This document shows positions 42,255 to 50,822 of a stretch of DNA of 64,000 bases, piece after piece. The notes beneath the pieces are model-generated. The model saw nothing but the letters and a program-made list of their open reading frames with translations, did no database searches and was not told the origin of the DNA. The stretch's first letter is position 1. Each line of letters starts with the position of its first letter. Both the position numbers and the translations under genes were made by a program. The DNA comes from Akkermansia muciniphila (GTDB lineage Bacteria > Bacillota > Clostridia > Oscillospirales > CAG-272), in contig CAVDSZ010000008.1 of assembly GCA_963611795.1 (NCBI GenBank), forward strand, positions 24,715 through 88,714, read 5' to 3'.

Positions 42255-42707
42255 ATGACGACTGCCATTCGTCTGATTGCCCTCGGGAGAAAGATCTCCA
42301 ACCTGTACGCCGACCTCTCGGCACCGCTCCTGCGGGAATACGGTATGAACCGAACCTGTTTTGACGTGCTGATGTTCTGCGCCAACCAGCCCGCCTATAA
42401 CACGGCGCGCGACCTTTGCGAAATGTGGGGGCTCAAGAGCGGGATTGCCTCCGTCGCCGTCGAGACGCTGATTGCCGGCGGGTATCTGACCCGCACGCCG
42501 GACGCCGCCGACCGACGCAAGCACCGCCTCGTCCCGACCGGGAAAGCGGCGGATTTGATTCGGGCAGGACGGGAAATGCAGGCGGCATTCACCGACGCCC
42601 TCCGCGCGGGAATCACTCCTGAGGAACTGCACGCGCTCGAACGCCTGACCGATACGCTGGAAGAAAACCTCACGCACATGGGCAGGGGGGAGACGGTCTC
42701 ATGCTGA
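42255..42707 (+). CDS. MarR-family transcriptional regulator
   Basis: Winged HTH ...ARDLCEMWGLKSGIASVAVETLIAGGYLTRTPDAADRRKHRLVPT. Upstream promoter TTGACA-17-TACAAT. Confidence 0.85.
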   Translation: MTTAIRLIALGRKISNLYADLSAPLLREYGMNRTCFDVLMFCANQPAYNTARDLCEMWGLKSGIASVAVETLIAGGYLTRTPDAADRRKHRLVPTGKAADLIRAGREMQAAFTDALRAGITPEELHALERLTDTLEENLTHMGRGETVSC

Positions 42708-43468
42708 AAATTCTGATTTGTATTTTGGCGGGGCTCGGCGCCGGGCTCGGCACGGGGTTTGCCGGCATGAGCGCCGCCGCGGTCATCAGCCCGATGCTGA
42801 TTGATTGCCTTCCTCGACATGGATCCTTACATGGCGGTCGGTATCGCGCTTGCCAGCGACGTCCTCGCGAGCGCCGTCTCCGCCGTCACCTACGGTCGGA
42901 ACAAAAACCTCGATGAAACGGGCTCGTCATGATGGCGGCGGCCCTCTGCTTCACTGCGGTCGGCAGTTTCGTCGCCAGTATCGTGCCGAAAACCACCATG
43001 GGCAATTTTTCGGTCATCATGACCCTCCTGCTCGGCATTAAATTCATCGTGAAACCGGTCGTCGCACCCAAACAGTGCCTGACCGACGCGACCACCGTGC
43101 AAAAGGTCATTCGCTCCCTGCTCGGCGGGGCGCTCGTCGGCTTTATCTGCGGCTTCGTCGGTGCCGGCGGCGGCATGATGATGCTACTTGTGCTGACTTC
43201 CCTGCTCGGATACGAGCTGAAAACGGCGGTCGGCACCAGTGTGTTTATTATGAGCGTTACGGCGCTCACCGGCGCCGTCAGCCATTTCGCCATCGGCGGA
43301 CTGCCGGACATCACGGCACTGATTGTCTGCGTCGTCAGCACGCTGGTCTTTGCACAGGTCGCGGCGCTCTTTGCCAACCGGGCGCAGCCCAAGACCCTGA
43401 ACCGCGTCACCGGCGCGGTGCTTGTGGTGCTCGGTACGGCGATCCTGATCGTAAACTTCTGTAAGTGA
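42701..43468 (+). pseudogene. TauE/SafE-family sulfite-exporter-like permease, disrupted by two frameshifts
   Basis: The N-terminus (MLKILICILAGLGAGLGTGFAGMSAAAVISPMLI) and the C-terminal 179 aa are in the same frame. The segment 42808-42914 reads correctly only in another frame (AFLDMDPYMAVGIALASDVLASAVSAVTYGRNKNLD). There is a tandem ATTGATTG at 42800-42807. Confidence 0.7.
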
Positions 43469-43479
43469 CTCCACCAAAC

Positions 43480-43526
43480 AAAACCGCGAGGAGCCGAGAA
43501 ATTCGGCTCCTCCCTGCTTTTATTTC
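43480..43526. terminator. Bidirectional terminator
   Basis: Stem GAGGAGCCG / CGGCTCCTC, with A-rich sequence on the left and CTGCTTTTATTT on the right, between convergent genes. Confidence 0.65.
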
Positions 43527-43555
43527 ATACTTTTCCGTAACAATCGTACATTCTC

Positions 43556-44170
43556 TTACGGCATCGGGCGGAAGAGCTTGCACGCGCGCTCCGACATGAC
43601 ATAGATATTGCGTTTGCTCCCGAGGGGAGAGGTCGAGCGCACAAAGATGCCCTCGTCCAGCCCGAGAATGGCACCCGGTTTGCCACGGATTAGGACAATG
43701 GCGATTTCGCCCTCCTGCCGTTTCGGTTTGAGCAAGACCCACTCTTTGCGGGCAGAGCCGGTGATAGACCCGCCGAGCGGATAGTATTGCACCCACCATA
43801 CCGTCTCGTCCTCCCGGCAGGAGATTTCCGTTCCCTTGTTCGCGGACGCTGCCGATACATACACCGTGTAGTTCTGCCCGCCGTGGGTGAAGCACACCGT
43901 CCGGTACCGTTCGCTTTCCTCCACCACCCGTCCGAGCCGACGGTACGCCGCCCAGAACGACATGGCTTCTTCGTCGGCACACTCCATGATGTCCTCCACG
44001 CGACAATGCAGCGCCTCGCAGATGCGCGCGAGCGTATCGGTCGTCACCGTCTCATTTTTCGCCATTTTCGCAATCACACGGGCGTTGAGCCCCGTCATCT
44101 CGGCGAGATCCGTCTTTGTCAGGTCGCGGTCGATGAGCAGTTTCCATAACCGTGCATAATCCATGTACAT
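43556..44170 (-). CDS. XRE-family HTH regulator with uncharacterised ~135-aa C-terminal domain
   Basis: LWKLLIDRDLTKTDLAEMTGLNARVIAKMAKNETVTTDTLARICEALHCRVEDIM. Start at 44170 after AGGAGGG. Promoter TTGACA-17-TATACT lies just upstream on the minus strand. Confidence 0.7.
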   Translation of the reverse strand: MYMDYARLWKLLIDRDLTKTDLAEMTGLNARVIAKMAKNETVTTDTLARICEALHCRVEDIMECADEEAMSFWAAYRRLGRVVEESERYRTVCFTHGGQNYTVYVSAASANKGTEISCREDETVWWVQYYPLGGSITGSARKEWVLLKPKRQEGEIAIVLIRGKPGAILGLDEGIFVRSTSPLGSKRNIYVMSERACKLFRPMP

Positions 44171-44520
44171 ACAACGCCCTCCTGCCAATATCAGTATAGC
44201 ACGATAGCAAAGAAATGTCAATATTCTTTACAATCATAAAGAAAAATAGCATTACATGATTTCTGCGCGTGTCTTTCGGTTTTGATACCGAACTTCGTGC
44301 CGCAAAACAAACGGAGGAGCCCCCTTCCCGGGGCTCCTCCGTTTTGGCGCGTGCGCCTGCGCGTTATGTTTTCCGTCGATGCCGTTGGTTCCAGAGAACG
44401 GTGCCCGCAATGATCTGCGCAAAAGATAGGAAAGCGCCGGCTCCCTCTCCGCGCTCCCCGCTTGGGGCAGCTCACTCGTTAAAAACACCCCACCGGGGTG
44501 TTTTTAACTTCATTACCCAA

Positions 44521-44556
44521 CGAGCTACGCTCGTCGGTCTCATAACCCCCGAAAAC
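44521..44556 (+). other. tRNA-fMet-like fragment (D-stem 3' half plus anticodon arm), inverted relative to the intact gene
   Basis: cgaGCTaCGCTCGTCGGtCTCATAACCCcCGAA compared with GTAGCTCGTCGGGCTCATAACCCGAAG in the tRNA at 44614-44691. Confidence 0.4.
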
Positions 44557-44582
44557 CGTATGCAAAGTCCCTCTCTGACCAA

Positions 44583-44613
44583 AAGAAAAGCACCCACAAG
44601 GGGTGCTTTTCTT
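44583..44613 (-). terminator. Terminator directly after tRNA-Met
   Basis: Stem AAGCACCC / GGGTGCTT with flanking A and T runs on both sides. Confidence 0.7.
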
Positions 44614-44691
<78 letters not shown>

Positions 44692-44885
44692 GATAGGAAC
44701 CTTTCTTCTAAAGGCTTATATAGGATACCACGCGAATGCTCATTTGTCAAGCATTATTTTCAAATTTGTTCCGTCACATGAGTAGGATATGCACCCCGGC
44801 GGTGCAATATGCAGGAACCCGCGCCGAAACGGCGCGGGTTCCTGTCAAGGAGCAACGCGTTCTTCTGTCAAGAGGCAATGATTGT

Positions 44886-45878
44886 TCAGCGGTCGTTGCG
44901 GCGCCCGATGACAAGGCGCGCGACAAGCATCACGGCGGTGAAAAGCACCCCGGCGACAGGCCAGACAATCCAGGTGAACTGCCAGTTCCCCGACGCGAAA
45001 CTCCACCCGAGGTAACCGGCGGTGGCAAGGCACCAATAGCCGCCGCTGACGAGTTGCAGCGTTTTCGCCGCCCGCTTCTCCCCGTCCGAATAATCGCCCT
45101 CCTGCAAGAGCGTGTCGAAACTGCCCCGTACCGTCGACACTCGCACGATGAGGTACACCCCGACGGCGGCGATGACCTAAAGCAACGCAATCATGGACGT
45201 GCAGAGATAGTCGGGGTCGTCCACCGCTCCCGCAATCAGGAGCGGTACGACCGCAAGAATACAAAGCCCAATCCCCACCGCCAGTCCTGCCGTATAGGTA
45301 GAATCGTATGCCGTCCGCTTTTCACGGGCGAGGTCGACGACCCCCGGCATCGGTTCAATCGGCTCTTCCCGCAATGCCGTGAATGCCGCCGTGCCGCGAC
45401 CCGAAACCACAAACAGACTCACAGCGGCAGCTACCGAGACCAGCAGGAATGCAAGCCCGAGCGCCGCCGTCAGCCCCTCGGTCACACCGCCGATGCCCGC
45501 GTCCGCAAAGCCCGCGAGAAAAATCAAAAGTACCGGCGAGAAAATCGCGAGCGCCACCCCGGCGGCGATGAACCGACTGGCGCGTTTCCTTGCCGTAAGG
45601 AAGGTGTTCGCCTCCGCGAGCGTCACTTTGCGCCGTGTCGGTTGCTCCGCGCACGTCGGCCATACCTCCTCCGGGGATTCCATTTCGTCTTTCAGTAAAT
45701 AATCCGTGCTGACGCCGAACAGCGCCGTCAGCTCGCCCACACGCTCAATATCCGGCATCGCCTGCGCACTCTCCCACTTGGAGACCGCTTGCCGCGAGAC
45801 CGAAAGCCGCTCGGCAAGCCCTTCCTGCGAAAGCCCCGCGCGGCGACGCCCCTCAATGATTTTATCTGCCAATGTCAT
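44886..45878 (-). pseudogene. XRE-family HTH membrane protein interrupted by one in-frame TAG
   Basis: N-terminal HTH (LSQEGLAERLSVSRQAVSKWESAQAMPD) followed by TM segments. TAG at 45177-45179. The same frame continues for 97 more codons of TM-like sequence (VIAAVGVYLIV...WIVWPVAGVLFTAVMLVA). Confidence 0.7.
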
Positions 45879-46167
45879 TTTGTTACCTCCCGCCGGATTT
45901 TCTCCGACAATGCTATTGTAGCGTACCCGAACCCCGCGGCGCCACCATGCGCGGCTTGCAGTTTGTCAACTGACGGTTGCAGATTCCACCAAAACGTATC
46001 TTTTTATTTGCATTTCACCCTTGGAACGGCAAAACCATTCCCCGTATGCCCCCGCACGGCGCGCACCTGTTCCCATTCGTTTTGGTACGATTTTATTGTA
46101 CACGCACACGCGCCATTGTCAATTCCCCGCCCCGTGAAAAAATTCTTGACCCGTTCACAAAAAACTC

Positions 46168-46198
46168 TTGACTTGGAGTGAACTTCAAGGTCTATAAT
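46168..46198 (+). promoter_or_regulatory. MerR-type promoter with 19-bp spacer
   Basis: TTGACT (46168-46173), 19-nt spacer, TATAAT (46193-46198), 33 nt upstream of the MerR-family gene. Confidence 0.65.
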
Positions 46199-46231
46199 CG
46201 AGGTGAAAGCCAATAAACGAGGTTAAAACGT

Positions 46232-46654
46232 ATGACGATCAAAGAAGTCGGTGAAAAATACGGCGTGAGCGGCGATACGCTCCGCTACTATGAACGTGTC
46301 GGCATGATTCCGCCCGTGAAGCGCACGGCGGGCGGCATCCGCGACTATGACGAAACGGCAGTCCGCTGGGTCGAGCTTGCCGTCTGTATGCGGAACGCGG
46401 GGCTCCCGGTCGAGGCGATCATCGAATATGTCCGCCTCTACGGGATGGGCGACGAAACCATTCCGGCGCGGCTCGCGCTCCTGCGGGAACAGCGGGAACA
46501 TCTCTATGAGCAAAAGCGGCAGATTGACGAGACGCTCGCGCGGCTCGACTACAAGATTTCGCGCTATGAAGTCGCCGAGAAAACCGGACGCCTGACGTTC
46601 GACAAGGACAAGTGTGAAAGCGGCATGCCCACCGGCACTGCCGAAAAATCATAA
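46232..46654 (+). CDS. MerR-family transcriptional regulator
   Basis: MTIKEVGEKYGVSGDTLRYYERVGMIPPVKRTAGGIRDYDE... followed by a coiled-coil dimerisation helix. Confidence 0.9.
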   Translation: MTIKEVGEKYGVSGDTLRYYERVGMIPPVKRTAGGIRDYDETAVRWVELAVCMRNAGLPVEAIIEYVRLYGMGDETIPARLALLREQREHLYEQKRQIDETLARLDYKISRYEVAEKTGRLTFDKDKCESGMPTGTAEKS

Positions 46655-46675
46655 ATATCTGAGAGGAGAACCACT

Positions 46676-47236
46676 ATGAGAAAGAATTTCGGAGCCAAAC
46701 CCTACACCTACCCGCAGCCCGTCTTTATCCTCGCGGCATGGGGCGCCGACGGCACCCCGGACGCGATGAACGCCGCATGGGGCGGCATCAGCGACGACCG
46801 CGAGTTGTCCCTCTGCATCAGCGCCTCCCATAAAACCACGGAGAATCTGCTCGCGCACGGCGCCTTCACCGTCAGCATGGCAGACGCCGTCCACACGGTC
46901 GCGTGCGACTACGTCGGCATCGTCTCCGCGACGAGCACCCCGGACAAGTTTGCCCGCGCCGGGTTCCATGCCGAAAAGTCCGCATTCGTGGACGCGCCCC
47001 TGATTGCGGAGCTGCCGATTGCCGTCGAGTGCCGTGTCAAAAGCTACGACCCGGAGACCGGGCGGCTCGTCGGCGAGATTGTCAATGTCAGTGTCGACGA
47101 GAGCGCACTCGATGCCGCAGGGCTACCCGATGTTGCGAAGATTCGTCCAATCACCTTCGACCCCTTCCACAACACCTATGTCGCCCTCGGCGAGACCGTC
47201 GGGCAGGCGTTCCACGACGGAAAAGCCCTCCGCTGA
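46676..47236 (+). CDS. Flavin reductase-like (FMN-binding split-barrel) protein
   Basis: 186 aa. PQPVFILAAWGADGTPDAMNAAWGG...HKTTENLLAHGAFTVS resembles the flavin_reduct domain. Confidence 0.75.
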   Translation: MRKNFGAKPYTYPQPVFILAAWGADGTPDAMNAAWGGISDDRELSLCISASHKTTENLLAHGAFTVSMADAVHTVACDYVGIVSATSTPDKFARAGFHAEKSAFVDAPLIAELPIAVECRVKSYDPETGRLVGEIVNVSVDESALDAAGLPDVAKIRPITFDPFHNTYVALGETVGQAFHDGKALR

Positions 47237-47307
47237 CCCGTCCTTTGCCGTCACGGTGCCTCTGTGCCGACGGACGCGCGCACAAATCACACAAGAAAGG
47301 AATCCTT

Positions 47308-48471
47308 ATGGAAAACTTTATTTACCATACCCCGACCAAACTGATTTTCGGCAGGAACGCAATCACGAACCTCCCCGACGTCCTCCGTCCCCTCGGGCGC
47401 CGGGTACTGCTCACCTACGGCAGTGGCAGTATCAAAAAGATCGGGCTTTATGAGGAAGTAAAACGGCTCCTTGCCGACTTTGAGGTCTTTGAGCTCTCCG
47501 GTATTGCCCCCAACCCCAAATACGACCCCAGCGTGCTTGAGGGCGTGCGGCTCTGCCGCGAGCATAAGATTGATGTCGTGCTTGCCGTCGGCGGCGGGAG
47601 CGTCCTCGACTGCTCCAAGGCGATCTGCGCCGGGGCGCTCTACGACGGCGACCCGTGGGACCTCATCACCTACCGTGTCAAAGCCAAGGCGGCACTGCCG
47701 CTCGTGGACGTCCTGACCCTCGCGGCGACCGGGTCGGAATACGACAGCGGCTGTGTCATCTCCCGCACCGAAACCAATGATAAGGTCGGCTACATCGACG
47801 AACATCTTTTCCCCGTCGCGTCGATTCTCGACCCGCGCTACACCTTCTCCGTCTCGAAAAAACAGACGGCGGCGGGCGCGGCGGACGCCATTAACCACGT
47901 CATCGAGCAGTATTTCTGCGCCACCCACTCCGACCTCACGGACGGTATGTGTGAGTCGGTCATTCGGAGCCTGATTAAGAACGCGAAGATTGCCCTCGAA
48001 CACCCGGACGACGAAGGGGCGCGGGGCGAGTTCATGGTAGACTGCTCCCTTGCCTGCAACGGAATTCTTTCTGTCGGCAACAGCCCCTCCGGTTGGTCCT
48101 GCCACGGCATGGAGCACGCGCTCAGCGCCTACTATGACATCACGCACGGCGAGGGGCTTGCCATTCTGACGCCCCGTTGGATGCGCCATATCCTGAACCC
48201 CGAGACGGTGGAACGCTTTGTCAGTTTCGGCACGCATATCTTCGGTATTGATGCCAGTCTCCCGGCGGCGGACATCGCCGAGCGGACAATTCAAGCCACC
48301 TATGACCTCTTCGCGTCCTTCGGTATGCCGATGCACCTGCGCGACGTGGACATCGACGAGACGCGCCTTGCCGAAATGGCACACCACATCGCGGAAAACG
48401 AGGGACTGGACAACGCATGGGCGCCGCTTTCCGAAGCCGATATTCTCTCGATCCTCCGGGCGTCGCTCTGA
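47308..48471 (+). CDS. Iron-containing (group III) alcohol dehydrogenase
   Basis: MENFIYHTPTKLIFG..., GGGSVLDCSKAI NAD motif, and His-rich metal site HGMEHALSAYYDITHGEGLA. Confidence 0.9.
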   Translation: MENFIYHTPTKLIFGRNAITNLPDVLRPLGRRVLLTYGSGSIKKIGLYEEVKRLLADFEVFELSGIAPNPKYDPSVLEGVRLCREHKIDVVLAVGGGSVLDCSKAICAGALYDGDPWDLITYRVKAKAALPLVDVLTLAATGSEYDSGCVISRTETNDKVGYIDEHLFPVASILDPRYTFSVSKKQTAAGAADAINHVIEQYFCATHSDLTDGMCESVIRSLIKNAKIALEHPDDEGARGEFMVDCSLACNGILSVGNSPSGWSCHGMEHALSAYYDITHGEGLAILTPRWMRHILNPETVERFVSFGTHIFGIDASLPAADIAERTIQATYDLFASFGMPMHLRDVDIDETRLAEMAHHIAENEGLDNAWAPLSEADILSILRASL

Positions 48472-48504
48472 CCCCGTGCGAAGCACAAAAGACATCCAAC
48501 CGCA

Positions 48505-48541
48505 AAGAGGAGCCGATTTTCTCGGCTCCTCTTCGTTTTAT
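48505..48541. terminator. Bidirectional terminator (adh / GGDEF gene)
   Basis: Stem AAGAGGAGCCG / CGGCTCCTCTT, then CGTTTTATC. Nearly identical to 50395-50430. Confidence 0.75.
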
Positions 48542-48549
48542 CTTCATTT

Positions 48550-49707
48550 TTACTCTTCCGCGGTATGGCTGTCCGCCGGCGGCAAAACGCACTCCGCCTC
48601 TTCCGGCCGGGCGTCTGTCGATACTGCCGTCGGAGCGACAGCGACGCGGTTCCCGCCGTCGTGTTTGGAATGGTACAACGCTTGATCCGCCCGGTCGATC
48701 ATGTCGTGTATGCCCGCGTCTCGCGCACGCGGCGTGCGGCATACCCCGGCGCTGACGGTAACGGTCAGTATTCCGCCGTCGCAAGGAAATCCGTGCCCGG
48801 CGACCCGCTCGCAGATGCGGTTTGCCGTCTCTTCGGCATCGTCTGCCCGGCGGCTGACAATGAGGAACTCTTCCCCGCCCCAGCGACAGCAGATCCCACC
48901 GTCGCCGACCTCGCGACGGATCGTGTCCGAAACCGTCACGAGCACACGGTCGCCGAACTCGTGACCGTATCGGTCATTGATGCTCTTAAAGCGGTCAATG
49001 TCAAGCATCGTAACCGCCAGCGGCAGATCGCGCTCTCCGTCGGGTATCTTTTCTAAGGATTCATAGAGACCATAACGGTTGTAAAGACCCGTCAGGGCGT
49101 CGTGACGGTACAAATGCCGGTAGCGCCGCTTGGCTTCTTCCAGTTGCTTCTGCGTCTCGGCGCGGACAATCTCGATGAGGAAGGAAATGAAATAAATGGA
49201 GAGATACAGGAGCGGAAAACGCAACATGAACTCCTCCGTATAGGGGTACTGTAATAGGGCCCTCCCCACCGGGAGCCAAAACAGAAACACCATGCCGGAG
49301 AACGCCAGCAGAGAGACTGTACTGCCATGCCTGAATCCCAAAACCAAGAGGGCAAAACTGGGAATCAGGCAGATCCACAGCGCGCTGAACCCGTTCGGGA
49401 TCCCCGTGATAAAGAAGAACAGCAGGATTGCCGTCACTTCCGCGCCGAATACGATATACACTGCCGTCAGTCCCCGTCGCACGAAGCGCAGGATCAGCAG
49501 ATTGAGCAGACAGGCAACTCCGAACGACATCGTTGCCGCCAGGAGAATGTACTCCCGGGTAAACACATTGACGACCGACATGATGAGGGAGGTCAGCGCC
49601 AGTGCGATGTTTAGGATCAGAAACAGCACTTCCCGCCGTTTTTCATCGGACGTGATCGCCGCCCGTACCCTGCGCAGGAGCCGTCTCCAAACTGCCCCCG
49701 GTGTCAT
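48550..49707 (-). CDS. Membrane-anchored diguanylate cyclase (GGDEF domain)
   Basis: About 6 N-terminal TM helices, then RHDALTGLYNR...DIDRFKSINDRYGHEFGD...RWGGEEFLIV. Start at ATG 49707 after GGGGGAG. Confidence 0.85.
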   Translation of the reverse strand: MTPGAVWRRLLRRVRAAITSDEKRREVLFLILNIALALTSLIMSVVNVFTREYILLAATMSFGVACLLNLLILRFVRRGLTAVYIVFGAEVTAILLFFFITGIPNGFSALWICLIPSFALLVLGFRHGSTVSLLAFSGMVFLFWLPVGRALLQYPYTEEFMLRFPLLYLSIYFISFLIEIVRAETQKQLEEAKRRYRHLYRHDALTGLYNRYGLYESLEKIPDGERDLPLAVTMLDIDRFKSINDRYGHEFGDRVLVTVSDTIRREVGDGGICCRWGGEEFLIVSRRADDAEETANRICERVAGHGFPCDGGILTVTVSAGVCRTPRARDAGIHDMIDRADQALYHSKHDGGNRVAVAPTAVSTDARPEEAECVLPPADSHTAEE

Positions 49708-50092
49708 GACCGCTCTCCCCCGATGCTGTGCTTTGCTGTTCCCGCGGCACCGCATGGAGCCGCAGATATCACCCACCGCATGATCGGAACCATAAGTGGA
49801 GTCTCTACCACGAATACTTCCATTATTTTTGTCCTTTACTGCCTCTTCCCCGCGCGCCGCCGCAGGATCTTTGTCTTGTCTGCTCCGCCGTTTTGGGGGT
49901 TTTTTCCCGGTCCGTCGTTCCCTGTGGCAGCGTCCGTTTTTTCGGCGCAAGCCCCGCATCCCCGAGGAGCTCGTCGGCTTTGTTATGAAAGTTATAGCAC
50001 AATAAGACTAATTTGTCAACCTTATAAGAATAATATTATAGTCGATACTGTGTTATCTTATTGTTATAAGAATAACACGGGAGGGTATTATC

Positions 50093-50374
50093 ATGTTGGT
50101 TGGCGAGCGGATCCGCACCCTGCGCGAGCATATCGGCTATTCTCAGAACAAACTGGCTGAATGGGCAGGCATTTCGCAGACGCACCTGCGCCGTGTCGAA
50201 CTCGGCGAAGCCGACATTACCGTCGGACACCTCCAACTGATCTGCGATGCCCTCGGCATCACGCTCCGGGACTTTTTTGCCGAGACTCTGCCGGAGGAGG
50301 ATCCTCTCTCCTTCCTTTCTCCAAAGCAGAAAGCCCTCCTTTGGGATTTTTGCAAGAGTTTTCAGGAGCATTGA
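50093..50374 (+). CDS. XRE-family HTH regulator (93 aa)
   Basis: RIRTLREHIGYSQNKLAEWAGISQTHLRRVELGEADITVGHLQLICDALGITLRDFF. Confidence 0.8.
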   Translation: MLVGERIRTLREHIGYSQNKLAEWAGISQTHLRRVELGEADITVGHLQLICDALGITLRDFFAETLPEEDPLSFLSPKQKALLWDFCKSFQEH

Positions 50375-50394
50375 TGCAAGACTCTATAAATATA

Positions 50395-50430
50395 AAGAGG
50401 AGCTGATTTTCTCGGCTCCTCTTCGTATTT
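50395..50430 (+). terminator. Rho-independent terminator after XRE gene
   Basis: Stem AAGAGGAGCTG / CGGCTCCTCTT, then CGTATTT. Confidence 0.7.
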
Positions 50431-50477
50431 GTCATATACCGTTGATTCCCCCGGCAACCGCTTGAAAGCAACGAAAA

Positions 50478-50591
50478 ACCGCTCTGCCGAGATTGATAAA
50501 AAAGGGGGCAACTACTTCGTGCCCCCATATATTTTTTACCCGCGCTCTTCGCGCCCCGTGCGCCCGCTAATGCCTGATCTGTGTACCCGAG
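50478..50591 (-). repeat. 114-bp repeat unit, copy 1 (hairpin GGGGGCA..TGCCCCC)
   Basis: About 85% identical to 50707-50822 by eye. Contains GGGGGCAACTACTTCGTGCCCCC, TATATTTTTTACCC and CGCCCGCTAATGCCTGA. Confidence 0.8.
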
Positions 50592-50706
50592 GTGAGCAGA
50601 GGGTGATGAAGAAACCGCGAGAGCGTTCTCGTCGCCGTACTCCGTACGACAGAGAGCGGTATCGCGGTTAGCGGGTAAACGCGTCTCCCTTGAATAGTAA
50701 CGGCAA

Positions 50707-50822
50707 ACCGTTCTGCCAAGAATAAGGAAAACAGGGGGGCAACTGCTTCGTGCCCCCGTATATTTTTTACCCATGTTCTTCGCGCCCCGTACGCCCGCTA
50801 ATGCCTGACCTGTGTGCCCGAG
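50707..50822 (-). repeat. 116-bp repeat unit, copy 2
   Basis: Direct repeat of 50478-50591 at a 229-bp period. Abuts the TIR of element 50819-51025. Confidence 0.8.

Noticed and set aside
45177-45179. The in-frame TAG as a pyrrolysine codon.
   Set aside because: The context is an HTH-membrane regulator, not a methylamine methyltransferase. No pyl genes or PYLIS-like context are visible in the window. A nonsense mutation is the simpler explanation.
50478-50822. Possible CRISPR array or other short-repeat array downstream of tyrS.
   Set aside because: There are only two repeat copies. The units are about 115 bp and imperfect, the spacing is 229 bp, and there are no cas genes. The geometry is not CRISPR-like.
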